Assembly: GCA_963827685.1 (NCBI GenBank)
Contig: CAWHBU010000004.1
Location: 320,001-384,000 of the forward strand
From: an uncultured delta proteobacterium
GTDB taxonomy: Bacteria; Desulfobacterota; BSN033; UBA1163
Direction of reading: 5' to 3'
Length of the DNA: 64,000 bases
Every line of letters begins with the position of its first letter. Position 1 is the first letter of the stretch. Shown piece by piece: positions 30,761 through 40,501 of the stretch. A program made the translations under genes and the position numbers. The notes beneath the pieces are model-generated. The model was not told the origin of the DNA and searched no databases. It saw nothing but the letters and a program-made list of their open reading frames with translations.

Positions 30761-31498
30761 ATGGAACGCAGAGGATATATCATCGATCTGGGCCTGGTTG
30801 ATTATGAGAAGACATGGGATCTTCAGCATCAACTCTGGTCGAGACGAGTGGAAGAAGAGTTACCGGATTTGTTGCTCATCCTTGAACATCCCCATGTGAT
30901 TACTCTGGGAAGGCGTGGAAACCGATCGCATCTGATTGCCTCTTCAGAAGTATTGGAGGCAATGAAGATTCCCATTTTCCATGTGGAGAGAGGCGGAGAT
31001 GTCACTTACCACGGTCCTGGGCAGATGGTTGTTTACCCCATCCTCAATCTGAAAGAATACGGGTATCGCATTGTCCGATACGTTGATCAACTGGAAGAGG
31101 TCGTTCTCCGTGTCCTCAGAGATTTTGGGATTGGGGGAAGGCGAGACCCTTTGAATCGGGGTGTCTGGGTAGAAGAAGAGAAGATTGCTTCCGTGGGAGT
31201 GGTCGTCAAGAGGGGAGTATCGTTCCATGGTTTTGCACTCAACTATGGAACAGACCTAACATACTTTGACCTCATCAACCCCTGCGGTCTCGAAGGAAAG
31301 AAGATGACCTCCATGGCAAAGATCCTTGGGAAAAGGGTTTCTCGGGAGGAATTAGTCAAGAGGATTTCATTCCATTTCAAACAGACTTTTGAAAGAGCCT
31401 GGGAGGAAAAGGAGTTGAAGGACTTGTTCCCCTCACTCCCCGACTACCGCAACACCTCCATCTTCCCCCTCTCCCCTGGTGGGAGAGGGATGGGGTGA
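30761..31498 (+). CDS. lipB: Lipoyl(octanoyl) transferase
   Basis: LEHPHVITLGRRG, RGGDVTYHGPGQ, HGFALN, INPCG. Confidence 0.94.
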   Translation: MERRGYIIDLGLVDYEKTWDLQHQLWSRRVEEELPDLLLILEHPHVITLGRRGNRSHLIASSEVLEAMKIPIFHVERGGDVTYHGPGQMVVYPILNLKEYGYRIVRYVDQLEEVVLRVLRDFGIGGRRDPLNRGVWVEEEKIASVGVVVKRGVSFHGFALNYGTDLTYFDLINPCGLEGKKMTSMAKILGKRVSREELVKRISFHFKQTFERAWEEKELKDLFPSLPDYRNTSIFPLSPGGRGMG

Positions 31499-31570
31499 GG
31501 GGCGTTTTGGTCATTCGTAATTGGAATATGGATTTGTTTGGGATTTGTAATTTGGGATTTGGAATTTTAT
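31466..31570. repeat. REP-like palindrome followed by a 7-mer array
   Basis: CCCTCTCCC-CTGGT-GGGAGAGGG-ATGGGGTGAGGGG, then TTGGGAT TTGTAAT TTGGGAT TTGGAAT. Confidence 0.65.
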
Positions 31571-31602
31571 GGAAAGGTAAATAATAACAAGGGACACAAA
31601 CA

Positions 31603-32460
31603 TTGAGAAAACCGTCTTGGCTTAAGAAAAGAATCCCTCCTTTTGAGGATCTTGCAAGAGTGAAGTCAATATTAAATGATACAAGCCTGCACACAGTCTG
31701 CGAAGAGGCCCGTTGTCCAAACCTGGGAGAATGTTTCTCCAGAGGGACGGCAACCTTTCTCATCCTGGGAAGGAGGTGCACAAGGAATTGTGGCTTCTGT
31801 GCTGTAGAACAGGGTGCTCCTGCTCCACCCGATGAAACAGAACCAGAAAGGGTTGCCCAGGCTGTTGAGAAGATGGGCCTCCATTATGTCGTAATCACCT
31901 CCGTCACCCGGGATGATCTTCCGGATGGCGGGGCATTCATTTTTGCCAAAACAATTCGGGCCATTCGAGCATTGAGTCCGAAGATAAAAATTGAGGTATT
32001 GATTCCCGATTTCAAAGGAGATCTAAACTCCTTAAAGGCCGTTCTAAAAGAATGCCCTGAGGTCTTGAATCACAATATCGAAACCATCTCGCGACTTTAT
32101 CCTGAAGTCCGTCCTCAAGCCGACTATCAGAGATCGCTTGATTTGTTGAGAAGATCAAAAGAAGATTATCCTTTCATTCCAACCAAATCAGGTTTTATGC
32201 TTGGACTCGGAGAGTCCCAGGAAGAGGTTTTAGAACTCCTTCGAGATCTGAGAGAGATAGGATGTGATTTCTTAACGATCGGTCAATACCTTCAACCCCG
32301 TCAGGATCGCCTATCGGTCGTGCGATTTATTCCTCCGGATGAATTTGAAAAGTATAAAAAGATAGGGGAAGGGATGGGTTTTAAATCGGTGGCTTCGGGC
32401 CCCTTTGTTCGAAGTTCTTTCCATGCAGGCGAGATGTTTGAAACAATCTCAATTCAATGA
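31603..32460 (+). CDS. lipA: Lipoyl synthase
   Basis: CEEARCPNLGEC, CTRNCGFC radical-SAM motif, VRSSF. Confidence 0.96.
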   Translation: MRKPSWLKKRIPPFEDLARVKSILNDTSLHTVCEEARCPNLGECFSRGTATFLILGRRCTRNCGFCAVEQGAPAPPDETEPERVAQAVEKMGLHYVVITSVTRDDLPDGGAFIFAKTIRAIRALSPKIKIEVLIPDFKGDLNSLKAVLKECPEVLNHNIETISRLYPEVRPQADYQRSLDLLRRSKEDYPFIPTKSGFMLGLGESQEEVLELLRDLREIGCDFLTIGQYLQPRQDRLSVVRFIPPDEFEKYKKIGEGMGFKSVASGPFVRSSFHAGEMFETISIQ

Positions 32461-32567
32461 TTAGCATAACTTATCCGATATTATTGTCTAAGGGGAGCTT
32501 ATAAAAAATGTCTTGATTAGGAAGGTGTGATGGTATATACTAATAGTGATACCATTTAAGGAGGTGG

Positions 32568-32828
32568 ATGTCTATGTCTAAAAATCTTTCACTCAAGCTT
32601 CAAGACGAGATTTTTGAGGAAACCGAACAGCTTTTAAGGAAGGTTAAGCAGCCTCGGAACGCTTATATCAATGAGGCGATTCATTTTTATAATAAACTCG
32701 TTGCCCGTAGATTGCTTAAGAGTAAATTACTCAAAGAATCGAATATCGTGGCAACTGATTCCATGGTGGTTTTAGAGGAGTTTGAAAAATTTGAAGAAAA
32801 TTTGGCTGGAGAAACCAATGGAAATTAG
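32568..32828 (+). CDS. Putative antitoxin (RHH-like)
   Basis: Short protein with PRNAYINEAI; overlaps downstream toxin start. Confidence 0.7.
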   Translation: MSMSKNLSLKLQDEIFEETEQLLRKVKQPRNAYINEAIHFYNKLVARRLLKSKLLKESNIVATDSMVVLEEFEKFEENLAGETNGN

Positions 32829-33156
32829 AAAGTGGAATGTCTATCTGGCCGATTTGAATCCGAGGATTGGAACAGAACCTGGCAAGACAAGGCCGGTTGT
32901 TGTCGTTCAAAGCGATCTTCTTAACAGTCATCACCCCTCTACCATTATTTGTCCTTTAACAACGCAAATCCATCCCGAATCCAATATTCTTCGGGTGCAC
33001 CTTTCAAAGGGGGAGGCGGGTCTTATTGAAAAATCAGACATCATGGTTGACCAAATTCGGGCTATTGACAATCGTCGGTTTCTTAAAAGATTGGGGATAA
33101 TTGGAAGATTAAGTCAAAAGAAACTTGCGGAAAATATTCAAATTATTCTTAACTGA
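32818..33156 (+). CDS. mazF: PemK/MazF family toxin
   Basis: LADLNPRIGTEPGKTRPVVVVQ and DQIRAIDNRR. Confidence 0.92.
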   Translation: MEIRKWNVYLADLNPRIGTEPGKTRPVVVVQSDLLNSHHPSTIICPLTTQIHPESNILRVHLSKGEAGLIEKSDIMVDQIRAIDNRRFLKRLGIIGRLSQKKLAENIQIILN

Positions 33157-33196
33157 TTCAAGAGATTGTTAAATGTGAGAAAAGGAGGGAGAAAGG

Positions 33197-34113
33197 ATGT
33201 ACCCAAATAAGTTATTTTGCATTCTCGTCATTTTAATGTTGGCATTCACATCCTGTACCCTGAAGGAGACTCAACCTCCTCCCGTGGTTCAACCGCCGCC
33301 GGTTGTTCAGCCTCCTCCTAAGCCGGCCAAGATTGCTTTGGTGCTGGGGGCGGGTTCATTAAAAGGGTTTGCCCATATCGGCGTGCTCAAGATCCTCGAA
33401 TCGAATAAAATACCGATCCACATGATCGTGGGAACCAGTGCGGGGAGTGCTGTGGGGCCCTCTATGCCTATGGCATGGATGCCTTCTCGCTTCAGAAGCT
33501 TTCTTTCTCGGTACAGAAAGACGATATCGTTGATCTTCTCTATATCCCGAGCAATGGGTTTATTAAGGGTGAGAAACTTGAGGAATTCATTAACAAGTCG
33601 GTGAATAACACTCCAATGGAAAAGTTGAAGATCCCCTTTTACGCCGTGGCTACAGATTTAGAAAAGGGTCAGGAGATGATCTTTGGAAAAGGGAATACGG
33701 GGACAGCGGTCAGGGCAAGTTGTTCCATCCCGGGCATTTTCAGGTCCGTAAAAATATCTGATAAAATTTATGTGGATGGAGGGGTCGTAAGTCCGGTGGC
33801 GGTGGAAGCGGCGAAAAGACTTGGAGCGGATGTCGTCATTGCGGTGGATATTTCTTCAGCGGTTGATCGCACCCAGCCTGAGGGAACGATTGATACCATC
33901 CTGCAATCCATCAATATCATGTATTCAAAACTTAGTTCGATCCAGCTTGCCAAGGCGGATGTGGTCATCAAACCGAAAGTGGCCTACATCGGTTCAGGCG
34001 ATTTTTCAAAAAGACACGAGGCGATTCTTGAGGGAGAGAAGGCTGCGATCGAGGCACTTCCACAGATTACGGCTATCATCACTCAACTGCGACTGGAAGG
34101 AAGATTGGAGTGA
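33197..34113 (+). pseudogene. Patatin-like phospholipase lipoprotein, frameshifted at the G-run 33454-33457
   Basis: Lipobox FTSC, LGAGSLKGFAHIG, GTSAG in frame 1; ATDL, RASCSIPG, DGG in frame 2; one added G gives VGALYAYG. Confidence 0.82.
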
Positions 34114-34140
34114 GGAGGATGAGGATAACAATGAAAGGGG

Positions 34141-34575
34141 ATGACAATGAAAAACAGAAGGAGTGCAATATTAGCCATAGCGACGTTGGGCAGTGTTATC
34201 TTCACGGGTGCCCTGCAGGCAAGCGAGGTGGCTGAGCAGGCTGCTATCACGGCATCTTCTGCATGGTTATCCTTAGTGGATGGAGGAAATTACATAGAAA
34301 GCTGGAACCAGGCAGCGGGGTTATTCAAGGCCGCTGTGACGAAAGACCAGTGGCAGCAATCACTGAAGGCTTTCAGGCTCCCTCTCGGGAAAGTACTGGT
34401 GAGGAAACTTAAATCGAAGCAATACACGAGGACCCTACCCGGTGTCCCCGATGGGGAATACGTTGTCATTCAGTATGAAACAACATTTGAGAAAAAACAG
34501 TCAGCCATTGAAACGATTACCCCCATGTTAGATAAAGACGGCAACTGGAGAATTTCAGGATACTACATCAAATAA
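34141..34575 (+). CDS. DUF4019-like exported protein
   Basis: WLSLVDGG, LPGVPDGEYVVIQY, WRISGYYIK. Confidence 0.8.
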   Translation: MTMKNRRSAILAIATLGSVIFTGALQASEVAEQAAITASSAWLSLVDGGNYIESWNQAAGLFKAAVTKDQWQQSLKAFRLPLGKVLVRKLKSKQYTRTLPGVPDGEYVVIQYETTFEKKQSAIETITPMLDKDGNWRISGYYIK

Positions 34576-34630
34576 TGACCGAAATCAGCGCCGCAGGTCG
34601 TATCGCGTCCACTGGATTGAAACGTTACGC
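34570..34630 (-). other. attC site (degenerate R')
   Basis: Minus strand GCGTAAC-N5-AATCCAG...CTGATTT-N5-ATTATTT; toxin stop lies within R''. Confidence 0.6.
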
Positions 34631-34894
34631 TATACGTTTTTTCCAATATCCTGGCCTTCGCCTACCATGGGCAATAGCAACAAGCTCAAGTTTTCCGGGA
34701 CCTTCGCGATATACCAAATAGAAAGGGAACCGCTGCAGGAGATACCGTCGCGTGCCCCGAACATAGTGTGGATACATTTCAGGGCTCTCGGCAATTCTAT
34801 CGACGGCATGATCAAGTTCAGCAAGAAAGGCGGCTGCCGCTCGCGCTTCAGCAGCGGCCTCGGGATGAACATCGATCTGTCGAGGGGACATCAC
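34625..34894 (-). CDS. RelE/ParE family toxin (apparent internal deletion)
   Basis: RRYLLQRFPFYLVY...VAIAHGRRRPGYW. Confidence 0.85.
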   Translation of the reverse strand: MMSPRQIDVHPEAAAEARAAAAFLAELDHAVDRIAESPEMYPHYVRGTRRYLLQRFPFYLVYREGPGKLELVAIAHGRRRPGYWKKRIA

Positions 34895-35115
34895 TGCCCT
34901 GCAATTCTTGCTCTTGCTTCAGCCCAGGGAATCAGTTTGACTTTGCCTTCGTCAATTTGCTTAAGCCGCATGACGATTTCGGCTTCCCACGCTGATTCCG
35001 CATCCCTGTCTACGGTTTCATCAAGGCTGTCAAGCAGGGTCCCTGCGAGAGCCGCCCGTGCTTCTGGGGGCAGTTTCAACGCTTCCTTTAGAATTTCGCT
35101 AATGTTTTGTTTCAT
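34891..35115 (-). CDS. Addiction-module antitoxin
   Basis: ALKLPPEARAALAGTLLDSLD...AWEAEI..R...IPW; overlaps toxin start. Confidence 0.88.
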   Translation of the reverse strand: MKQNISEILKEALKLPPEARAALAGTLLDSLDETVDRDAESAWEAEIVMRLKQIDEGKVKLIPWAEARARIAGQ

Positions 35116-35190
35116 GGCTCAATTCTACCCCATCTGCAAATAAATTGCTACAAGTCCAGCAGGTCAGCTTAGCCCGGTTTGAACGAGGGG

Positions 35191-35634
35191 TTAGGAAGCA
35201 GGCCTCGATTCAAACAGGTGTTTGACGGAATCACGCCCGAGAACGAGAAATGTCAGCACACCGAGCAGGGTGCCATATGGAATCCCAAGGCAAGAAATTC
35301 CGGCGACCACCATGCAAAAGATCCGTGACCGGCGACGTTTGATACACCGCGCGGTGAGGAACTTCAGTATGGCCAACGTGATCATGAGGAGAAATATAAC
35401 GAACCCAATAATACCCAGAAACCAGCCAATGAATGCAGGCGGTCCTTGGCCTGCTCGCACAGCAGCATCGGTCTTAGCGGTAAAGGCTGTGCCCAGCATC
35501 ACGCCCATAAACGCATACAGAAGCCCAAATAATGAGAAGAACGCACTCATTCCAGCGGAAACCATGTAGCCAATTGAAAGGAGTTTGAGGTGTTCTTCGT
35601 CGATAATCGTTTGGCGGATATCTTCATCGGACAT
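35191..35634 (-). CDS. Membrane protein, integron cassette
   Basis: HLKLLSIGY, CLGIPYGTLLGV; flanked by GTTTGGAAGC and GCTTCCTAAC core sites. Confidence 0.8.
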   Translation of the reverse strand: MSDEDIRQTIIDEEHLKLLSIGYMVSAGMSAFFSLFGLLYAFMGVMLGTAFTAKTDAAVRAGQGPPAFIGWFLGIIGFVIFLLMITLAILKFLTARCIKRRRSRIFCMVVAGISCLGIPYGTLLGVLTFLVLGRDSVKHLFESRPAS

Positions 35635-35683
35635 GGCGAGCCTCCAATCGTCTTCGCTTCCAAACGGCGGAATGAATGACTTC

Positions 35684-36262
35684 TTAGAAACCGTTTCCGT
35701 TGCGTGTAAAAAGGATACTGTGACTTATGCGTATTTTCGGCCTATCTTTTACGACAAAACCGATTTCGTCCGCGGTTTGTATTGTCCGTAGAAAACTTTT
35801 CTTAGGCACGTGGAAGATGGGTTCAACGAGAAGGAAGAGCCCATCGGGTTTTAAGAACCCAAATATTTCCGTGAGGAATGCTCGTTGATCCGGAACCTCA
35901 TGGACCATCCAAAACGCCACAATAAAATCGACTTTCGAATGATTACCAAGGGAATCCGAGTTCGCAAGATGGGGTTTGATTCTTTCTGAAACTCCACAGC
36001 TGCGAGCTCTGCTGGCGAGGGCTGCGAGCATTCTGGCCTGAACGTCAATCGCAGTAACATGACCTGCTGGCCCGACCAATCTTGCAAGGGGAATGGAGAA
36101 ATAGCCCATGCCAGCACCGACATCTATTACGGTATTCCCAGGACGAACATAGGGACTTAATATGGTTTCAGGGTTATGAAGAAGCTTGCGTATGGGATTG
36201 TCGAATGTGAAACACAACCACCATGGGCAAACCATCTTCTGTCCAGTCAGCTTATCCAACAC
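35684..36262 (-). CDS. Class I SAM-dependent methyltransferase, integron cassette
   Basis: VIDVGAGMGYFS, MVHEVPDQ. Confidence 0.9.
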   Translation of the reverse strand: MLDKLTGQKMVCPWWLCFTFDNPIRKLLHNPETILSPYVRPGNTVIDVGAGMGYFSIPLARLVGPAGHVTAIDVQARMLAALASRARSCGVSERIKPHLANSDSLGNHSKVDFIVAFWMVHEVPDQRAFLTEIFGFLKPDGLFLLVEPIFHVPKKSFLRTIQTADEIGFVVKDRPKIRISHSILFTRNGNGF

Positions 36263-36273
36263 CTTGTTTGTGG

Positions 36274-36342
36274 CCCCTACGTTTTGAGCTTACGGGAAGC
36301 CGGGGCAGTCTCTCGCCGATCCCGTGAAACGATTCGTTAGGG
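36274..36342 (-). other. attC site
   Basis: Minus strand CCCTAAC-N5-GTTTCAC-[GGGATCGG...CCGGCTTCCC]-GTAAGC...GTAGGGG; R'' complements GTTAGGG at 37105-37111. Confidence 0.72.
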
Positions 36343-36353
36343 TCTGATTTTTT

Positions 36354-37094
36354 TCATTTATCATTTGTATTCGGGAATAATAGTTCGCTTTCGATACCAA
36401 GTGTACTGATATCTTCAGTTGGCCGTATGACCTCATCTCTAAAATTCCTGCATGGGAAACCATAATGGTTTAGGGCATCACAACCTTTCTTAAATTTCCT
36501 CTCTGTAATAAACTTTTTCTTAAGGGTGAAATTCATGTTCTCTTGATCCCATTTGTAAATGCTTATTTCATACTTGTGTGGCTCATAATGAGCCGCATCC
36601 CATTGAAAGCTCCATTTAATCATTCCGTATCCATATTTCTTGCCAATATATCCAAGAAAGATACCGTCTTGAATTGTTAGGAATATGGGTTCTGGATTTA
36701 ATGATGTTATTTTGCCTTCCTTTTCCGCGATTATCTGAATCTCAAAGTGCTCATCAGATCCGCCAGGCTGTGCGGCTACCGCAAGCAGGACAGGACTCAA
36801 CAAGCCTTTAATATTGAAAGTCTTGAATCGAAGAAATGAATTAACGCATACGAATTCTTTGCCAGCATTAAGAGCCTTAAAATCCTCGCCAAATTGTGTT
36901 GAATATATTATCTCTGACCCCTTAAGTACCACCAGCACTGGGCTTTTGCCGAATTCCTCGACTGCCAGGACTGTAGTAATATCATTGACTTTAAAATTAA
37001 TTAATGCGGCTTGGGTTGCTTTCGGAGATGAATAGGCCTGTCCAACCAATAAAAAAGCAAATGCGATGATCAATGATATCTTTAATAATTTCAT
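36354..37094 (-). CDS. Exported hypothetical protein, integron cassette
   Basis: Signal peptide, AT-rich, bounded by matching core sites. Confidence 0.75.
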   Translation of the reverse strand: MKLLKISLIIAFAFLLVGQAYSSPKATQAALINFKVNDITTVLAVEEFGKSPVLVVLKGSEIIYSTQFGEDFKALNAGKEFVCVNSFLRFKTFNIKGLLSPVLLAVAAQPGGSDEHFEIQIIAEKEGKITSLNPEPIFLTIQDGIFLGYIGKKYGYGMIKWSFQWDAAHYEPHKYEISIYKWDQENMNFTLKKKFITERKFKKGCDALNHYGFPCRNFRDEVIRPTEDISTLGIESELLFPNTNDK

Positions 37095-37313
37095 TTCTTG
37101 GTATCCCTAACGATTAATAGAGGAAATTCCGATTTGCTTGAGAACATCTTCTTCTAAGTCTACCTTTTTACCACTTTCTTAACCATCTGTCTATAAAGTA
37201 CTTGATTGTATTTCGTATCTTCACTATGATAGCAGAAAATAATTGCTGGTCCTTATTGCCACATTGTTAGAATCCAGGATTGTTACGCTGTATGAAATCC
37301 TTTGGGAGGGATT

Positions 37314-37730
37314 ATGAAGAGTTATCGAAAAGAGTTGTGGTTTGAAGTGCCAACTCGTAGAGCCTTAGTTAATATCACTCCGAAGGTTGAAGCCTGCCTC
37401 AGTGAAAGTGGTATTAAAGAAGGGCTGGCGCTGGTCAATGCCATGCATATCACTGCTTCCGTCTTCATCAATGATGATGAATCTGGCCTTCACCACGATT
37501 TCGAGGTCTGGCTCGAGAAACTTGCTCCTCATGAGCCCGTTAAACAATACCGCCACAATGTTGGGGAGGATAATGCCGATGCTCATTTAAAACGGCAGTT
37601 GATGGGGAGAGAAGTCGTTGTGGCCGTCACAGAGGGGAAGCTCGATTTTGGTCCATGGGAACAGATTTTTTATGGCGAGTTTGACGGCAGACGAAAAAAA
37701 AGGGTTCTCGTCAAGATCATTGGAGAATGA
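37314..37730 (+). CDS. yjbQ: YjbQ/UPF0047 family protein
   Basis: [31 protein letters not shown]. Confidence 0.93.
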   Translation: MKSYRKELWFEVPTRRALVNITPKVEACLSESGIKEGLALVNAMHITASVFINDDESGLHHDFEVWLEKLAPHEPVKQYRHNVGEDNADAHLKRQLMGREVVVAVTEGKLDFGPWEQIFYGEFDGRRKKRVLVKIIGE

Positions 37731-38120
37731 GTTAAAAGCCGCCGATTGTATTTTATTTCGGTAGATCCTTTTTCAATAATGGGATGACGTGGGAAAATTA
37801 GTAAATAGAAGTACTCTTTACTTTTATTGACTTTTTTGGAAGGGATTGATATTGAAAGGTCGTATAAATTAGACAGAGAAACAGCTAAAAACCCATGTAA
37901 ATAGGGGCTAAAATGAGCGGAAAGATTGTTTAAAGTGAAATTTTTTTGAAAAACGGTTTTGACGGACGTAAGGGAGGATGGGCATTGGGGTTGTCCGTGG
38001 TCGTGTAAAAGGAAAGCCCTAAAAAGGGGTAAAAGTAGAACGGTGGACAAGTGAAAGGAAATGTGAGAATGTGGAATTAGCCTTACAGACACTGTCAAGG
38101 AAATAATTTAGGAGGGAACG

Positions 38121-38633
38121 TTGATGAGATTATTTTTTAAGAGATGGCTTAACGATAAATGGGTATTGATAGGATTTGTAATAATAGTCTTTGGAGGGTT
38201 CTTTTTTGTAACAGTTGGGCAGGGTGGAACAACTGATAAACCAAAACCTCATGCAAACACCTACAATGAAAATTTAACCATTGACGCTACCGGAGGTGCA
38301 GGTCTTCCAGCCAAACCTGAACCTCCTAAATCTGAACCTACTAAACCTGAACCCTCTAAACGTCAGGGAAAGACTTACGATGAAAGTATAAACCTTGCCG
38401 TTAAAGCAGCTATTGAGGCTGAAGCTAAAGTTATCAAGAAAACAGTTGAGAAAACAGTCGTAATAGGAATATACTTTTTATTAATTACATTGGCATTGCA
38501 AATTGTCGCTTTAAAACCACCATGTCCACGGACAATTCAAATATGCATCGGTATTTTTGTCCTTCTGACGGCATCCTTGCTCTTCCAAGCCGATTGGTTT
38601 CTGCACTTTGTTAGTAAATTATTTGGGCTATAG
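38121..38633 (+). CDS. Hypothetical membrane protein
   Basis: GGAGG RBS, N- and C-terminal TM helices, KPEP repeats. Confidence 0.6.
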   Translation: MMRLFFKRWLNDKWVLIGFVIIVFGGFFFVTVGQGGTTDKPKPHANTYNENLTIDATGGAGLPAKPEPPKSEPTKPEPSKRQGKTYDESINLAVKAAIEAEAKVIKKTVEKTVVIGIYFLLITLALQIVALKPPCPRTIQICIGIFVLLTASLLFQADWFLHFVSKLFGL

Positions 38634-38825
38634 TTCCGCCACGAAAGGGATAGGAGACTCCCTTTTGATTCTTATATGTTGAACTTCCGTGCATGATTAT
38701 TACCGGAAATATTCGATTCTTAAAGCAGGCCTTGATTGTAGATAAGCAGGTGTACTCCTCAATTTAGGCTCTCTCCAAATATCCCCATCTGTCCCATCCA
38801 GTTAAGGGTCTCCTCCTGATTCTTA

Positions 38826-38854
38826 TTGACATCATGTTCCTGATTTAGTACACT
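38826..38854 (+). promoter_or_regulatory. Sigma70 promoter
   Basis: TTGACA-N17-TACACT. Confidence 0.7.
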
Positions 38855-38926
38855 GCAATCGAATTTGAAGCTCTCCGCTATTAAACTCTAACCATATAGG
38901 GTGGATATGGTTATCAGATGAATTCA

Positions 38927-38963
38927 GACCCCATTTCTGAAAAGGAAATGGGGTTTTATTTTT
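38927..38963 (+). terminator. Intrinsic terminator
   Basis: ACCCCATTTC-TGAAAAG-GAAATGGGGT followed by TTTATTTTT. Confidence 0.75.
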
Positions 38964-39007
38964 GTGAATAGAGTTAAGGCCTTTATTTGAATAAAGGAGG
39001 TAGTTTT

Positions 39008-39631
39008 ATGAAGAGGTTATTTATTAGCTTGGCCTTTATTTTTATTGTTATAGGTTGCTCTTCAAAATCTCAAGTCTTATTAAAAGATACTGATTATTTA
39101 AAATATGGAACAAGAGCGAGTGTCATTGAAAAGGTATGGGGTAAACCTGATGAAACTATGGCGTTTCAAGATTATAGGGCCAAAGGCTATTATTACCATT
39201 CAGGCGTTGGCGGTTCGTGGGGGCCATATGGTGGTTCTGTCTCTGGTTATGGCTTTGGGGGAACATATACCCCTACAACAATCGTATGGGTTTACAAAGA
39301 GAAAGGCTATGCCCTCTTCTTTCAAAAAAGGGGGTTGTTAGATGAACAATATACCGCCATAATGTTGTGGAAATTAGTGGGATGGGAAAATTTGACCATT
39401 GACCAAACCACCAAACCTCAAGTAACTCCACCATCTTCAGGTACAACAACTGTTGTTACTGTCACCTGGACTTCTGCAAATATTCGTTCAGGTGCAGGGA
39501 ATGAATTCCCTGTCTTGACGACAGTGAACAAAGGAGACAGGTTAACCATAATTGGGGAACGTGGAGAATGGTTTAATGTTCGGCTGGAAGATGGAAAAGA
39601 AGGATGGATTAACAGTAGAGTTGTAAAGTAA
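39008..39631 (+). CDS. Lipoprotein with C-terminal SH3b domain
   Basis: Lipobox VIGC; ANIRSGAG...GEWFNVRLEDGKEGWI. Confidence 0.85.
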   Translation: MKRLFISLAFIFIVIGCSSKSQVLLKDTDYLKYGTRASVIEKVWGKPDETMAFQDYRAKGYYYHSGVGGSWGPYGGSVSGYGFGGTYTPTTIVWVYKEKGYALFFQKRGLLDEQYTAIMLWKLVGWENLTIDQTTKPQVTPPSSGTTTVVTVTWTSANIRSGAGNEFPVLTTVNKGDRLTIIGERGEWFNVRLEDGKEGWINSRVVK

Positions 39632-39737
39632 AGGGAGAAGGGAATATTTGGCAAAGATGAGTTTTTGGAAATGGTGGAAGTGGTAAATCTTGAAATCAAG
39701 AAAACGGTATAACAAGCCGTGAAAGGGAATGACCTGA

Positions 39738-40163
39738 ATGAAATCCTTATTGGGTAGGTTGGGGGTTATCCTCGTAGTCATAGGATTCACTACCTTTTCC
39801 TATGCGGAAGTGTGGGGGGCGGATTGGAAGTTCTTGGATGGTGACGATGAGCGTTCGCTTTTTATTGATAGCGAAAGCATAGGTCGCTTATCTTCGGGAA
39901 CCCTTAGAATATGGACGAAATGGATTTATACCCCAAAAGGAATTTCAATTACCATAAGTAAGTTGGGGAAAAAGTATGAGAATTTTAGCTATGAAATTGC
40001 ACTCGATGAGTTTAACTGTGGAGACAAGACATTGAGGTGCTTACAGATCACTTCCTATACCAAGGACGGAAAGATTATAGAAAATGTAGTTAACCCTGGG
40101 AAATGGGAATCCATTATTCCAGAATCTGTTGGTGAGATCATTTACAAAGCAGTGTGCAAATAA
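39738..40163 (+). CDS. Surface-adhesin E-like exported protein (paralog 1)
   Basis: Signal peptide, ADWK, FIDSESI, RIWTK, FNC, W.SIIPES, C-terminal VCK. Confidence 0.75.
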   Translation: MKSLLGRLGVILVVIGFTTFSYAEVWGADWKFLDGDDERSLFIDSESIGRLSSGTLRIWTKWIYTPKGISITISKLGKKYENFSYEIALDEFNCGDKTLRCLQITSYTKDGKIIENVVNPGKWESIIPESVGEIIYKAVCK

Positions 40164-40226
40164 ATGAGAAGGGAGGTGAACCCGATTAACCGTTCCCGGC
40201 CAATGGCCTAAAAGAAGGGGGTAGAC

Positions 40227-40499
40227 ATGGCACAAAGGTTTGATGATTTTCCGGGATATTTCGGCTATCCGGTAGACTGTGGGGGCGTGTTTTTGGGTGA
40301 CAAATCAGGGAAAGATTTACCCCTTGCCCGTTCGGTTTGGGAATTACTCAATGGGGTTAAGTTAGATCAAGGTGAGGGATTTTTCATCAATCGAGATATT
40401 TATCATTTTAAAAGCGAATTTACCAAGGGACTAATCAATTTTCTAAAAGGGGTTTTGGAATTTATCCGATTGAATAAAATGTTTATTCGATTGGGTTAG
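40227..40499 (+). CDS. Hypothetical protein
   Basis: ORF with RBS-like sequence in co-oriented run; no recognised motif. Confidence 0.4.
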   Translation: MAQRFDDFPGYFGYPVDCGGVFLGDKSGKDLPLARSVWELLNGVKLDQGEGFFINRDIYHFKSEFTKGLINFLKGVLEFIRLNKMFIRLG

Positions 40500-40501
40500 G
40501 G

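Noticed and set aside
37112-37313. Integron integrase and attI next to the first cassette
   Set aside because: The divergent gene is yjbQ, not a tyrosine recombinase; attI cannot be confirmed from sequence
37790-38100. Prophage or island attachment site
   Set aside because: Non-coding and AT-rich, but no tRNA, integrase or matching flanking repeat was seen
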